Of a stretch of 64,000 nt of DNA, positions 27,419-36,880 are shown in pieces. A program made the translations under genes and the position numbers. The notes below the pieces were generated by a model. That model was not told the DNA's origin, searched no databases, and worked only from the letters and a program-made list of their open reading frames with translations. The stretch covers positions 480,001 to 544,000 of the forward strand of contig CBDFIQ010000002.1 in NCBI GenBank assembly GCA_965248195.1, written 5' to 3'. Position 1 is the stretch's first letter, and each line of letters opens with the position of its first letter. This DNA is from Longimicrobiales bacterium. GTDB lineage: Bacteria; Gemmatimonadota; Gemmatimonadetes; Longimicrobiales; Gaopeijiaceae.

Positions 27419-30400
27419 ATGGCTGTTTCACTCGTTCGGATACCTGACGGTTTGCGCGGATGGTTGAGCGGTGCTGGACGCTCGATCGTCGTTTCGGCTG
27501 TGTTGCTTCTCGCTGTTCCGTTCGGGGCAGCGGCGCAGGGGACGATTAGCGGGCAGGTACTGGACGCGGCGACCAGCCAGCCAGTCGCCTCCGTCCAGGT
27601 TTACATCAGAGCGCTGAACCTGGGCGCGCTCTCTCAAGCCAACGGTCGGTATGTGCTGAGTGTACCTGCGGGAAGGTATACGATCCTGGCGCAGCGCATC
27701 GGCTACGCTACGGCGGAGCAGATCGTGACCGTAGTAGAGGGTGGAACGGTTGCGATCGACTTCTCCCTCGCTGAGGTGGTCCTGGCGATCGAGGGCATCG
27801 TAGCGACCGGGTTGATCGATCCCGTGGAGGGGGTACGGTCGCCCATTACGGTGAACAGAATCTCACGCGCACAGATTCCGGCAGTCGTCGGCGGGACGTC
27901 GGCCATCTACAACTTGGCTGGACGGATTCCAGGGCTTGAGATGTCTCAGCGGTCAGGCCAACCCGGCACAGAAGTGGAGATCATGCTGCGGTCGCCAACG
28001 AGCGTCGCCCAGAGCCCGCGGCCCTTGATCGTGGTGGACGGGGTCATCTTGGGCAGCGGCACGGCCAACATCGAGTCGATGGACATCGAGAGCATGGAGG
28101 TGATCAAGGGTGCAGCGGCGGCGTCCCTCTACGGCTCCCGGGCGGCGAACGGGGTTATCTCGATCACGACGAGGCGTGGCTCGGAGCTAGCAATAGGCCA
28201 GACGCGGTTTTCGCTGCGTACGGAGTTCGGGCAATCCTGGGCGCACCGAGGGGGCTTCAACGATCACCACTTCTATTTGGTCGACGACCCGATCAATCCG
28301 ACGACGTACGTAGACCGCAACGGGAATCCGGTGAGCCGGGATGACCGCGTACAACCGGCGGGTGGGGCATCCCTCGCGTTCAGCGACAACAACTATCCGG
28401 GTCAGACGTTCGACAACTTCGGGGCAATGTTTGCGGGGGATAATTTCCAGACACAGAACTTGTCGATGAGCCAAAACACGCAGAACACGAATTTCGCGAT
28501 CAGCACGAACCGTATGGTGGAAGCCGGTCCCCTGATCAACAACGACGGGTACGAGCGCACCTCCTTCCGGGTAAACCTGGATCATCGGTTCCTGGACAAC
28601 TTCCAACTGGGAGTCAGCTCCTTTTACAGCCGGGACAATCTGGACGTACCGAAGGTCAATTGGACGCGTCTGCTGCTCGCACCACCGGACGTCGATGTCA
28701 CCGCAAAGGACGCGAACGGTGAGTTCGTCCGGCTGCCGGATGCACAGGTGGCATACGAAAACCCGCTCTGGCGAGAGGAAAGTCGGGAGCGCGATCAAAC
28801 CCGGGGTAGGACTCTCGCGAGCGCCAACCTGAGATGGGACCCGGCCACGTGGATCACTCTTTCCACGAACGTGAGCTACGACCGTGAGGATGTGGAGGAA
28901 CGCACGTACGTGCCAAGGGGAACGCCTCTTTCGGTGACGCGGGTGAACCTCTCTGATGGGTCGCTCGATTTCGAAACTTCTCGAAGGGAGGCGTTCAATT
29001 CCGAGGCCACGATTTCGCTGAGAAGGGATTTCTTAGACGCGCGGCTCAACGTGCGTACGACCTTCCGGGGGCTTCTCGAGAGTGACCAGTTCTCCCTGTC
29101 CGTCGCCGAGGGCGAAGACTTCCTCGTCAGCGCTACGCCTTCGCTCGACGTAGCTAGGACTTTCGACGGTTCCTCGGTGGAGGAGGACATCCGGGCGATG
29201 GGGTACCTGTGGGACACCGCCGTCGACTATGAGGGGAAGTACATAGCCACCGGCCTGGTCCGCCGGGATGGGAGTTCGCTCTTTGGCCCCGCCGACCGTT
29301 GGCATACGTACTATCGGGCCGCGGGTGCCTATAGGTTGGGAGAGGAGGACTGGTTCGATCTTCCTAACGTCAGTGAGTTCAAGCTAAGCTACGCCATAGG
29401 CACAGCCGGCGGCCGCCCTGAGTTCGAGTACCGCTACGAAACCTGGCGAGTGCGAAGCGGAGTAGTGTCAAAGGGCACACTGGGCAACACCGCTCTCGCT
29501 CCCGAGCACACGACCGAGCAGGAAGTATCGCTGGAGATGATCCTCTACGATCGGATCGGCGTGGATTTCACACGGGCGTGGCACCGAACCACCAACCAGA
29601 TCGTGGAAGCGGCGCTACCCGCCTACACCGGCTATGCCTTCCAGTGGACTAATGCCGGTATCGTGGTCGGACAGAGCTACGAGCTAAGTATCGAGGCTCA
29701 GCTCGTTCGGCGACCCAACTTCAGCTGGACCTCAGCGCTCACCTGGGATCGGTCGGACGGCGAGATCGAGGAATGGACGGTCGCCAGTGACCGACCCGGT
29801 CACCGGAATTGGCAGACCGGCGAGACGATCTGGGGCCTCCATGGAACCTGGGTCGCCGCCGCTCCCGGCGTGCTGTGTGCGGACACGTGGACCGCTCCGG
29901 TCCGTGTGACTAACGACGGCCACGGTGGGATACACGATGGCGGCGCCGCGTGCTCCCGGGCGGACGAGTTCATGTTGAACGACGAGAACTGGCTGGTCTG
30001 GGTGGGTGAGGACCCGGCCACTGGCGAGCGGAACCACTACACCGAAGGGTTCAGTGAGAACCTCTGGGGGACTACAACCCAGATTGGGAATAACGTCTAC
30101 GAGTGGGGGATTCCCTTCTACTGGCTGAACGATGGCGGAAGCCCTCGGCGGGAGCAGCTGGGTGACGCCGCCCGCAACAACTTCGGCCTTGCCAACACCT
30201 TCCAGTTCGGAAATTGGACCCTGTTCACGCATCTCCACGCGGTCTTTGGAGTCGAAGTCGTCGATGGTTATCACAGAGGCTTGGTGGACTTCCACCCCCG
30301 CCAGGACATGTTCGGAAGGCCCGACGAGCTGAAGAAACCGGCCCGGCACTGGTGGGCGCTGGCCGGCGGTGGTGGAGCGATGCACGTCGAGAGAGCGGAT

Positions 30401-30643
30401 TTCTTCAAGCTCCGGCTCCTGTCGCTGAGTTATAACGTGCCGGGGGGCGTCCTGGACGGGATAGGACTTGGAGCGGCGGAGACCATGCGCCTGGGAGTAA
30501 TTGGACGTAACCTCTTTATGTTCACGAACTGCCCCTGCCCCGATCCCGAGATGGGCTTCGAGTTCCAGGACCGTTCGGGCAGCATCACCAGAGGCTATCC
30601 AGCCACCCGTAACCTCACGATAGAGGTGGAGGTGACGTTCTGA
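27419..30643 (+). CDS. SusC/RagA-family TonB-dependent receptor
   Basis: GTISGQVLDA, SGQPG..I.LR, PLIVVDG, DIESMEVIKGAAAASLYGSRAANGVI.ITT, RRDGSSLFG, C-terminal Phe. Confidence 0.93.
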   Translation: MAVSLVRIPDGLRGWLSGAGRSIVVSAVLLLAVPFGAAAQGTISGQVLDAATSQPVASVQVYIRALNLGALSQANGRYVLSVPAGRYTILAQRIGYATAEQIVTVVEGGTVAIDFSLAEVVLAIEGIVATGLIDPVEGVRSPITVNRISRAQIPAVVGGTSAIYNLAGRIPGLEMSQRSGQPGTEVEIMLRSPTSVAQSPRPLIVVDGVILGSGTANIESMDIESMEVIKGAAAASLYGSRAANGVISITTRRGSELAIGQTRFSLRTEFGQSWAHRGGFNDHHFYLVDDPINPTTYVDRNGNPVSRDDRVQPAGGASLAFSDNNYPGQTFDNFGAMFAGDNFQTQNLSMSQNTQNTNFAISTNRMVEAGPLINNDGYERTSFRVNLDHRFLDNFQLGVSSFYSRDNLDVPKVNWTRLLLAPPDVDVTAKDANGEFVRLPDAQVAYENPLWREESRERDQTRGRTLASANLRWDPATWITLSTNVSYDREDVEERTYVPRGTPLSVTRVNLSDGSLDFETSRREAFNSEATISLRRDFLDARLNVRTTFRGLLESDQFSLSVAEGEDFLVSATPSLDVARTFDGSSVEEDIRAMGYLWDTAVDYEGKYIATGLVRRDGSSLFGPADRWHTYYRAAGAYRLGEEDWFDLPNVSEFKLSYAIGTAGGRPEFEYRYETWRVRSGVVSKGTLGNTALAPEHTTEQEVSLEMILYDRIGVDFTRAWHRTTNQIVEAALPAYTGYAFQWTNAGIVVGQSYELSIEAQLVRRPNFSWTSALTWDRSDGEIEEWTVASDRPGHRNWQTGETIWGLHGTWVAAAPGVLCADTWTAPVRVTNDGHGGIHDGGAACSRADEFMLNDENWLVWVGEDPATGERNHYTEGFSENLWGTTTQIGNNVYEWGIPFYWLNDGGSPRREQLGDAARNNFGLANTFQFGNWTLFTHLHAVFGVEVVDGYHRGLVDFHPRQDMFGRPDELKKPARHWWALAGGGGAMHVERADFFKLRLLSLSYNVPGGVLDGIGLGAAETMRLGVIGRNLFMFTNCPCPDPEMGFEFQDRSGSITRGYPATRNLTIEVEVTF

Positions 30644-32364
30644 TGAGCAACCCATGGAAATGGAACAGGGGAACATTCGGAGTGCTTCGAGGCTTGAAGA
30701 GGCCACTCCGGCCACTCCAAGCGGTAACCCTCATGGCGATCGTCCTGATTGCGGGAGTGGCTTGTCTAGAGCTCGATGTGTTGAATCCGAATCAGCCGGA
30801 CCGGGCTCGGGCGCTCGGCAACGTGGATGATCTTGAGGCCCTTCTTGCTTCGGCCTTCACGCCCTTCTTTGAAGTGACGCACCAAAGCGTATCTGTGGGC
30901 AATGTTTGGACCACCGTTGGTGGAGAGAGTACGGCCGTCGGTCGACTGGTGGATGAAAACGCCAGGGAGCCTCGACCTGCGTACCGGAACGCGAATACCC
31001 CTGCGGCTCCGACCGACAACGGGGAGAGCATCTGGAGGGGCTTCCACGAGATGCCGAGCAACGTAAACGACGCTCTTAACACGTTGGACCAGCTCGGAGA
31101 GAGCTTCATCGACAGCAATGGCGTGGATCAGACTCCCAGGGCCAGGGCCTTCGGGAGCTTCGTCGCCGGCTTGGCGTGGGGGTACGGGGCGATGATTTTT
31201 GACCAGATCATCATCCTCCCGCTGGACGAGGCCATCGGTGACGATCCACTGGAGCAGGCTCTCGCGAATCTCACATCCGCAAATGACGGTCCGACATCTC
31301 CGGCGGTGCAGGCCGCGGTTCAGGCTCTCCAAAATGCAGTCGCCATCGCCCAGCAGAACGATTTCACTTTTCCGTCTCTGAGCCAGGCGGGTGAGGGACG
31401 CTGGTTCGGTACGCCCAACGCTATAACGAGGGACGAATTTATCCGGCTAGCGAACTCTTTGACTGCCCGCATCCTGGTGCTGAGTGCACGTAACCCTGCG
31501 CAGCGGAGGACGGTGGATTGGGCCCAGGTCATGAGCTTGACGGCGAACGGGATCACGGAGAACTTCGAGGTCCAGCTACAGGCAGGAATTCGTACGAGCA
31601 ACTTCTACAATCAGGTCCAGAATGATTTGCCCGGTTGCCAGCCCTGTCACCGCCTGGACAACCGGCTTGTCGGGCAGGCGGACATCTCGGGGGCGTACCA
31701 GACTTGGATCGCCTCTGTTAGAGATGATCGGAACCGCTTCGATGTTGTCACGCCAGACCGGCGGATTACCGGAGTCGGACCTCAGGACAACGGCGCTTAT
31801 GTGCGGTACCTGGACCACAATAATGGTTTTCCCTCAGCGTTGGGCATTTACCCTCGCTCGGCGTACCAGTGGTTTCGTCATTTGAACAACGGGTTTCTAG
31901 GGAACACGGGTACTGCAGTGCTCATGTATGTGGATGAGAACACCTTGCTGAGGGCGGAGGCGATGTTGCGCTTGGGCGACCGGCAGGGAGCGGCTAATCT
32001 CATCAACATCAGTCGGACCAGATCGCATTTATTGCCAGACGGTGTAACGTATCCAGGACTTCCGCCTGTGACCGTAACCGGAGTTCCACAGAGCGCCGAC
32101 TGCGTCCCGCGCACGGACTCGGGGGCTTGTGGCGATTTGATGGTTGCGCTTCGATACGAGAGAATGGTGGAGTTGTTGTATACGGACGCCCTACGCGGAT
32201 ACGCGGATTCGAGAGCCTTTGGCATTATCCCCGATGGGACGTTCACGCAGGCTCCCATGAATCCCCTCGAGTTGCTTGTGCTCGGTCTTGACAACTACAC
32301 TTTCGGCGGCCCGGGTGACCCGTTTGGTGCGACCTACGCACCAGTCGATGACGGCGACCTGTGA
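30643..32364 (+). CDS. SusD/RagB-family lipoprotein
   Basis: VAC lipobox, LDVLNPN.PD, LLRAEA, INISR, LRYERMVEL; overlaps the susC-like stop. Confidence 0.88.
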   Translation: MSNPWKWNRGTFGVLRGLKRPLRPLQAVTLMAIVLIAGVACLELDVLNPNQPDRARALGNVDDLEALLASAFTPFFEVTHQSVSVGNVWTTVGGESTAVGRLVDENAREPRPAYRNANTPAAPTDNGESIWRGFHEMPSNVNDALNTLDQLGESFIDSNGVDQTPRARAFGSFVAGLAWGYGAMIFDQIIILPLDEAIGDDPLEQALANLTSANDGPTSPAVQAAVQALQNAVAIAQQNDFTFPSLSQAGEGRWFGTPNAITRDEFIRLANSLTARILVLSARNPAQRRTVDWAQVMSLTANGITENFEVQLQAGIRTSNFYNQVQNDLPGCQPCHRLDNRLVGQADISGAYQTWIASVRDDRNRFDVVTPDRRITGVGPQDNGAYVRYLDHNNGFPSALGIYPRSAYQWFRHLNNGFLGNTGTAVLMYVDENTLLRAEAMLRLGDRQGAANLINISRTRSHLLPDGVTYPGLPPVTVTGVPQSADCVPRTDSGACGDLMVALRYERMVELLYTDALRGYADSRAFGIIPDGTFTQAPMNPLELLVLGLDNYTFGGPGDPFGATYAPVDDGDL

Positions 32365-32417
32365 TGAGGTAGTAGACGACGGGGGGCCTGAGCGACACCC
32401 GGTCAGTTTCCGCGAAG

Positions 32418-32460
32418 ACAAGTGGGGGGGCTAAGGAAGGCCCCCCCATTTGTTGTTGTT
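32418..32460 (+). terminator. rho-independent terminator after the susCD-like pair
   Basis: ACAAGTGGGGGGG...CCCCCCCATTTGT stem followed by TGTTGTT. Confidence 0.75.
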
Positions 32461-32677
32461 GGGCCCGGCATGGGCGATGACTTGGAGGTGAAAGTCCTCT
32501 CGGAACCTGGTCGCAAGGACCGAAGGGAAGCGCAAGGCGTTCGTCGTGAGGCGTGCGCTGAACGAAGCGTGAAACGAACCCACTGACCTCAACTCACCGG
32601 ACCGCCAGGTGCGGACCCGCATGCCTGGTGGTGTGGGAGGGGAAGGACCGGGATCGCCGGTCCTCCCCTATCCCAAT
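32458..32677 (+). mobile_element. internally deleted, ORF-less class C group II intron (5' part of DI joined to DV/DVI)
   Basis: 5' GCCCGGCATGGG...GGTGAAAGTCC...CGCAAGG...CTGAACGAAGC resembles IIC domain I; 3' ACCGCCAGGTGCGGACCCGCATGCCTGGTGGTGTGGGAGGGG...CCCCTATCCCAAT. Confidence 0.85.
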
Positions 32678-32920
32678 CCCGGCATGTGACTTGGAGGTGA
32701 GAGTCCCCCGGAGAGTAGGTCGTAACGATCCAAGTGAACCCCAGGGCGAGCGGGCCAACAGCCGCGAAGCTCTGACGACCAAAGCTCCGGCGGTGTAAAT
32801 CCGGCGGTTGTGCGGAGAAGGCCACGTGTCTTACCTGGGGAGATCTCGCTTTACGCTTGAAAGGGCGACGGAGTCGCACCGGAGCGAGAAGTCAGCAGAG
32901 GCCATAATAGTCTGACGAAG
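32678..32920 (+). mobile_element. second class C group II intron fragment (DI-DIII, 3' part missing)
   Basis: CCCGGCATG..GGTGAGAGTCC, GTAAATCC..., TCTTACCTGGGGAGATCTC, GAGAAGTCAGCAGAGGCCATA are IIC DI/DII/DIII landmarks. Confidence 0.8.
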
Positions 32921-32934
32921 TCCTACCGCACGGG

Positions 32935-33144
32935 GTGAGCTTGAAGGTCACGAAGCAGATTCCGCTGACCGACGGGCCGAACAACATCGCCATCACACCC
33001 AACGGGGGAAAGCTGTACGTAGCCATCACGTGCGGGAGCGCCGGGGTCGACGTGATCGATACACGCACTCAGACGAACGTTCGGTTCATTCCGACCACGG
33101 GTGGCGTCCACAACGTCTTCGCCACGCCGGACGGGAGGCACATC
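32935..33144 (+). pseudogene. YVTN/YncE beta-propeller internal fragment
   Basis: LKVTKQIPLTDGPNNIAITPNGGKLYVAI...VDVIDT..GGVHNVFATPDGRHI; no N- or C-terminus. Confidence 0.7.
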
Positions 33145-33146
33145 GA

Positions 33147-33635
33147 AGCGCCTTCCACGTGGGCGGGAAGTTCTGGGATTCCCGGGATCACGCGGACTGG
33201 CGGGCGATCGCCGCCTGGGTGCGAACAGCCGACGCCGGGAGCGCTCCCGCCCGGGAGGTCATGCTTCCTCCCGACTTCGAGTTTTTCCGCACCTGTGTAC
33301 AGCGGATCTTCCTCGATCGGGAAGACGATCGCATGGAGTGTCAGGCCTGCCACGGCGGGGGAGGCCGGGGCTTCGCCCAGGAAATCCCCGAGGGCCGCGA
33401 TTACTGGAACGAGGCGGAGTCGCGACAGAACTACGGGATCATCCTGCGCTACATAGAATCGGGCTACCCGCTCAGGAGCCGGTTCCTGACCCATCCTCTC
33501 GATTCCCACGAGGGAGGAGACAACTACCACTCCGGTGGACGGCGCTGGATGTCGCAGGATGATCCCGAGTGGCAGATGTTGGCCGACTGGGTCCGGGGCG
33601 ACACGCCCACCACCTGTGCAGTCGCGGACAAATAG
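33147..33635 (+). pseudogene. C-terminal part of a c-type cytochrome protein
   Basis: FHVGGKFW..W..IAAWV then DFEFFRTCVQRIF..CQACH..SRFLTHPL..HSGGRRW..W..LADWV; start missing. Confidence 0.65.
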
Positions 33636-33885
33636 AAATGCGCTCGAGGGATCGGCGGTCGGCGGCGCCAGTGGCTTAGTTCGCGAGGACGAGCGGCCTG
33701 CCGACGAGCTTGCTTGGATCGGCGCCGGGCCTCGGAACGAACTTGTTCATCCATCCGCCGTCCCCATGGTCGAAACCGACAGCCAAGAGATACGCTGCAG
33801 ACCCCAAGGGCATTCCTTCCGTCGCCCGTCGCATCGCTTCCACCGGGTGACTGGGGCGTTCTAGCGATGTCTTCGGGACGTGTTC

Positions 33886-34917
33886 CTACGGAAACAAAGA
33901 CTTGGCGAGCATCCCGTGGACGCCTTTCGTGCCGTCGACGAGCTGCGTGATGCTCAGGTCGAGCGCGACCGAGCAGAGCACGTAGGCATCGCCCGGATCC
34001 ATGCCGAGCTCCCGAACGAGAAAGTCGACCATCTCCTGCGTCGCGAGCCGTGCCGCTTCGTCGAGGTCGGGATCGAGACCCATCGACATATAGTGCGTAG
34101 GCGTCTCCGCACGAGGCCACAGAAGGGTGCGGTCCCGGTGGAGGATCACCTGAACCGTGCCGCCCAGCGAAGTTTCGATGGCGGTCCCGCTCACTTCACC
34201 GTCGCCCTGCGCGGCGTGACCGTCCCCGATCGAGAGCAGCGCGCCTCGGGCGTGGACCGGAAGGAAAAGCGTGGTGCCTGCGACGAGGTCCTTGTTGTCG
34301 AGGTTGCCGACGTGCTCGCCGGGAGCCGTGCTCGAGACGCGACCCCGTTCTGGCGGGGGGGCGACGCCGATCGAGCCGAAGAAAGGCCGCATGGGTATGG
34401 TGGCCGTGCTCCCCATGCGCGCCACCCCCGCTTCCGCATCAAGCTCGAAGAGCCGAAGCCCACTATGCGAAAAAGCGTCCGGGAGGGCTCCCCCACCCTG
34501 TCGGAAAGCCGAGACGCCGGACGGCATCAAGAGTCCCGTGTCTAGAATCCGCACCTCCAACACATCGCCCGGCTCGGCGCCCACCACATAGATCGGACCT
34601 GTCAGCGGATGTGCGCCCGGCCCCCGCCCGGCCCCCGCGTTCTCGACCTCGATCATGGCCGCGCTGAAGTCGCTCTCCGGGGCGCCCGCTTCGCGCATCC
34701 GCTCGAGCCCTCGAGCGACGAGCGACTCCACGCGGATCCAGTCTCCCGAGCGAATCCTCAGGACCGGAAGCAAGCTCGCGTCGTAGTATCCCCAGTGCAC
34801 ATTGGAGGGCGCTAAGGGCAAGGAGTGCATCGTACCTCCCTGGCCCTGAAGAGCTGTCGGGGACAGCGCCACGACGAGCCACACTGCCGACGCTTCCAGA
34901 TCGCGTCGTGTCAACAT
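33886..34917 (-). CDS. acetamidase/formamidase family protein, exported
   Basis: NVHWGYYD, HPLTGPIYVVGAEPGDVLEV, PFFG, GNLDNK, GDGHAAQGDGEVSGTAIE. Confidence 0.92.
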   Translation of the reverse strand: MLTRRDLEASAVWLVVALSPTALQGQGGTMHSLPLAPSNVHWGYYDASLLPVLRIRSGDWIRVESLVARGLERMREAGAPESDFSAAMIEVENAGAGRGPGAHPLTGPIYVVGAEPGDVLEVRILDTGLLMPSGVSAFRQGGGALPDAFSHSGLRLFELDAEAGVARMGSTATIPMRPFFGSIGVAPPPERGRVSSTAPGEHVGNLDNKDLVAGTTLFLPVHARGALLSIGDGHAAQGDGEVSGTAIETSLGGTVQVILHRDRTLLWPRAETPTHYMSMGLDPDLDEAARLATQEMVDFLVRELGMDPGDAYVLCSVALDLSITQLVDGTKGVHGMLAKSLFP

Positions 34918-35043
34918 GATCGACCTCCTTGGTGGCGGGACCTACGCCAGAACTCTCCTGATCGGCGACCAAGGTAGCGAGGAGAGTCGAAGCGAGCGAT
35001 GTTCCCAGCGTCGAACCCCGACTGCTTCGAAGGAGACGAGACC

Positions 35044-36729
35044 ATGACCGTCCGCAGCGTACCTTTGGTTCTCACCCTGGCCTTCCTCGTAGGAAGCGTT
35101 CCGGCCGGTCTTCAAGCTCAGGCCAATCCGTCGAGCTACGATCTTGTGATCCGGGGTGGCCGCGTCGTCGACGGTACGGGAAACCCGTGGTTCTACGCCG
35201 ACGTGGGCATCCGCGACAGCCGTATCGTGACTGTCGGACAGCTCTCGAGTGCGGACGCGACCCGTGTCATCGATGCCACTGGCCTGGTCGTCGCCCCGGG
35301 CTTCATCGACCTGCACACGCACTCCGACTCTCAGCTCCTGGCGGACGGCACGGCCCAGAGCAAGATCCGCCAGGGCGTCACCCTCGACATCGCCGGGGAG
35401 TCGAGCAGCCCGGGTCCGCGAGACGGAATGCCCGCCTCGGTCGGACGCGGAGGTGTTCGGCAGGACTGGACCAACTTCACCGGCTACTTCGACCGTGTGC
35501 GAAGCCAGGGCATCTCCATGAACCTCATCACGCACGTCTCTTATCATCAGGTGCGGCTCGTGGTCAAAGGATTCGACGAAGGCCCGGCGACGCCGGCCGA
35601 CTTGGAGCGGATGAAGCAGCTCACGGCCCGATCGATGGAAGAGGGCGCCTGGGGTCTCGTCACGCGCTTCGGAAGCGGAGGGCCTCAGCACCCCGACGAG
35701 GTCCTCGAGCTCGCCAAAGTCGTCGCATCGTACGGTGGCAACTACACGTCCCACCACGGAAGCGAGGGGTACGAGCAGGAAAAGGAGATCGACTTCGCGA
35801 TCAGGGTCGCCGAGGAGGCCCGGATACCTGTGCACCTGTTCCACTTCAAGGTGAGGGCCCGCGGCAATTGGGGAACGATCGGTCGCTTCATCGCCCAGGT
35901 CGAAGAGGCGAGAAGCCGCGGGTTGGACGTCACGGCGAACCAGTACCCCTATACCGCGATGTTCCACGGGTGGAGCTCCTTCTTTCCGCTCTGGGTACGG
36001 GAAGGTGGCCCGGATCGGTTCGCCGCGAGACTTCGGGACCTATCCCTGCGAGAGCGGATCAAGAGCGATCCGGACTTCATCGCATGGGCCGAGGAGCATG
36101 GTTGGTGGGAGGGTATCGTACTCGCGCGAGCCAGCCGACCGGACGTCAGTCGGTACGAGGGGATGACGGTGGCGGAGATCGCATCCTCGCTGGGGGTGCC
36201 CGATCCCGCCGACGTCGCCATCGACCTCATGGCGCAGGAGGGCGGTGGCATCAGTGGCATCTTCCACGCGATGTCCGAGGAGGATGTGCGGTTGGCGATG
36301 CGGCAGCCCTGGATGGCTCACGCCAGCGATGGCTCCGCGATCAACCTGGACGCTGGGGGTGTCCCGCACCCACGCAACTACGGGACCGTCCCTCGCGTGC
36401 TCGGACACTATGTGCGCGATGAGGGCGTCCTCACCCTTGAGGAAGCCATCCGAAAAATGACCTCCCTGCCCGCCCAAATTCTAGGGTTACGGGACCGGGG
36501 GCAGATCCGGGAGGGTCTCGTCGCGGACATCGCAGTGTTCGATCCGGCCCGGGTCGCTGAAACGAACTCGTTCGAGAATCCGAAGTCCTATCCGGTCGGG
36601 ATTCCCTACGTCATCGTCAACGGGACCCTCGTGATCGAAGGGGGAGAGCACACGGGTGCCCGCCCGGGAGTCGTGATTCTCGGAAGAGGGTACAGGCCGG
36701 GCACTCCCGTGAGCTTCGGGTCCCAGTAG
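35044..36729 (+). CDS. N-acyl-D-amino-acid deacylase (D-aminoacylase) family amidohydrolase
   Basis: YDLVIRGGRVVDGTG, APGFIDLHTHSD, YPY, SDG, PHPRNYGT.PRVLG, EAIRKMTSLPA. Confidence 0.92.
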   Translation: MTVRSVPLVLTLAFLVGSVPAGLQAQANPSSYDLVIRGGRVVDGTGNPWFYADVGIRDSRIVTVGQLSSADATRVIDATGLVVAPGFIDLHTHSDSQLLADGTAQSKIRQGVTLDIAGESSSPGPRDGMPASVGRGGVRQDWTNFTGYFDRVRSQGISMNLITHVSYHQVRLVVKGFDEGPATPADLERMKQLTARSMEEGAWGLVTRFGSGGPQHPDEVLELAKVVASYGGNYTSHHGSEGYEQEKEIDFAIRVAEEARIPVHLFHFKVRARGNWGTIGRFIAQVEEARSRGLDVTANQYPYTAMFHGWSSFFPLWVREGGPDRFAARLRDLSLRERIKSDPDFIAWAEEHGWWEGIVLARASRPDVSRYEGMTVAEIASSLGVPDPADVAIDLMAQEGGGISGIFHAMSEEDVRLAMRQPWMAHASDGSAINLDAGGVPHPRNYGTVPRVLGHYVRDEGVLTLEEAIRKMTSLPAQILGLRDRGQIREGLVADIAVFDPARVAETNSFENPKSYPVGIPYVIVNGTLVIEGGEHTGARPGVVILGRGYRPGTPVSFGSQ

Positions 36730-36880
36730 CGGTGATCTACTCAGGCCTTTGGTTTTTTGTTTTTCCCGGGGAAATTTTTTTTTGTTTTTTCCGATCCCTC
36801 TCCCTAAATTGGGTCGCTGGGCTCACTAGCCCCGGGGTCGTGTGGGACGGGAGGTGCCGGCATCCACCGGAGATCGAGGT

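Noticed and set aside
11742..32920. Intact mobile group II intron or retron
   Set aside because: No RT domain (YADD) ORF was found; only ribozyme fragments and a frameshifted maturase tail are present.
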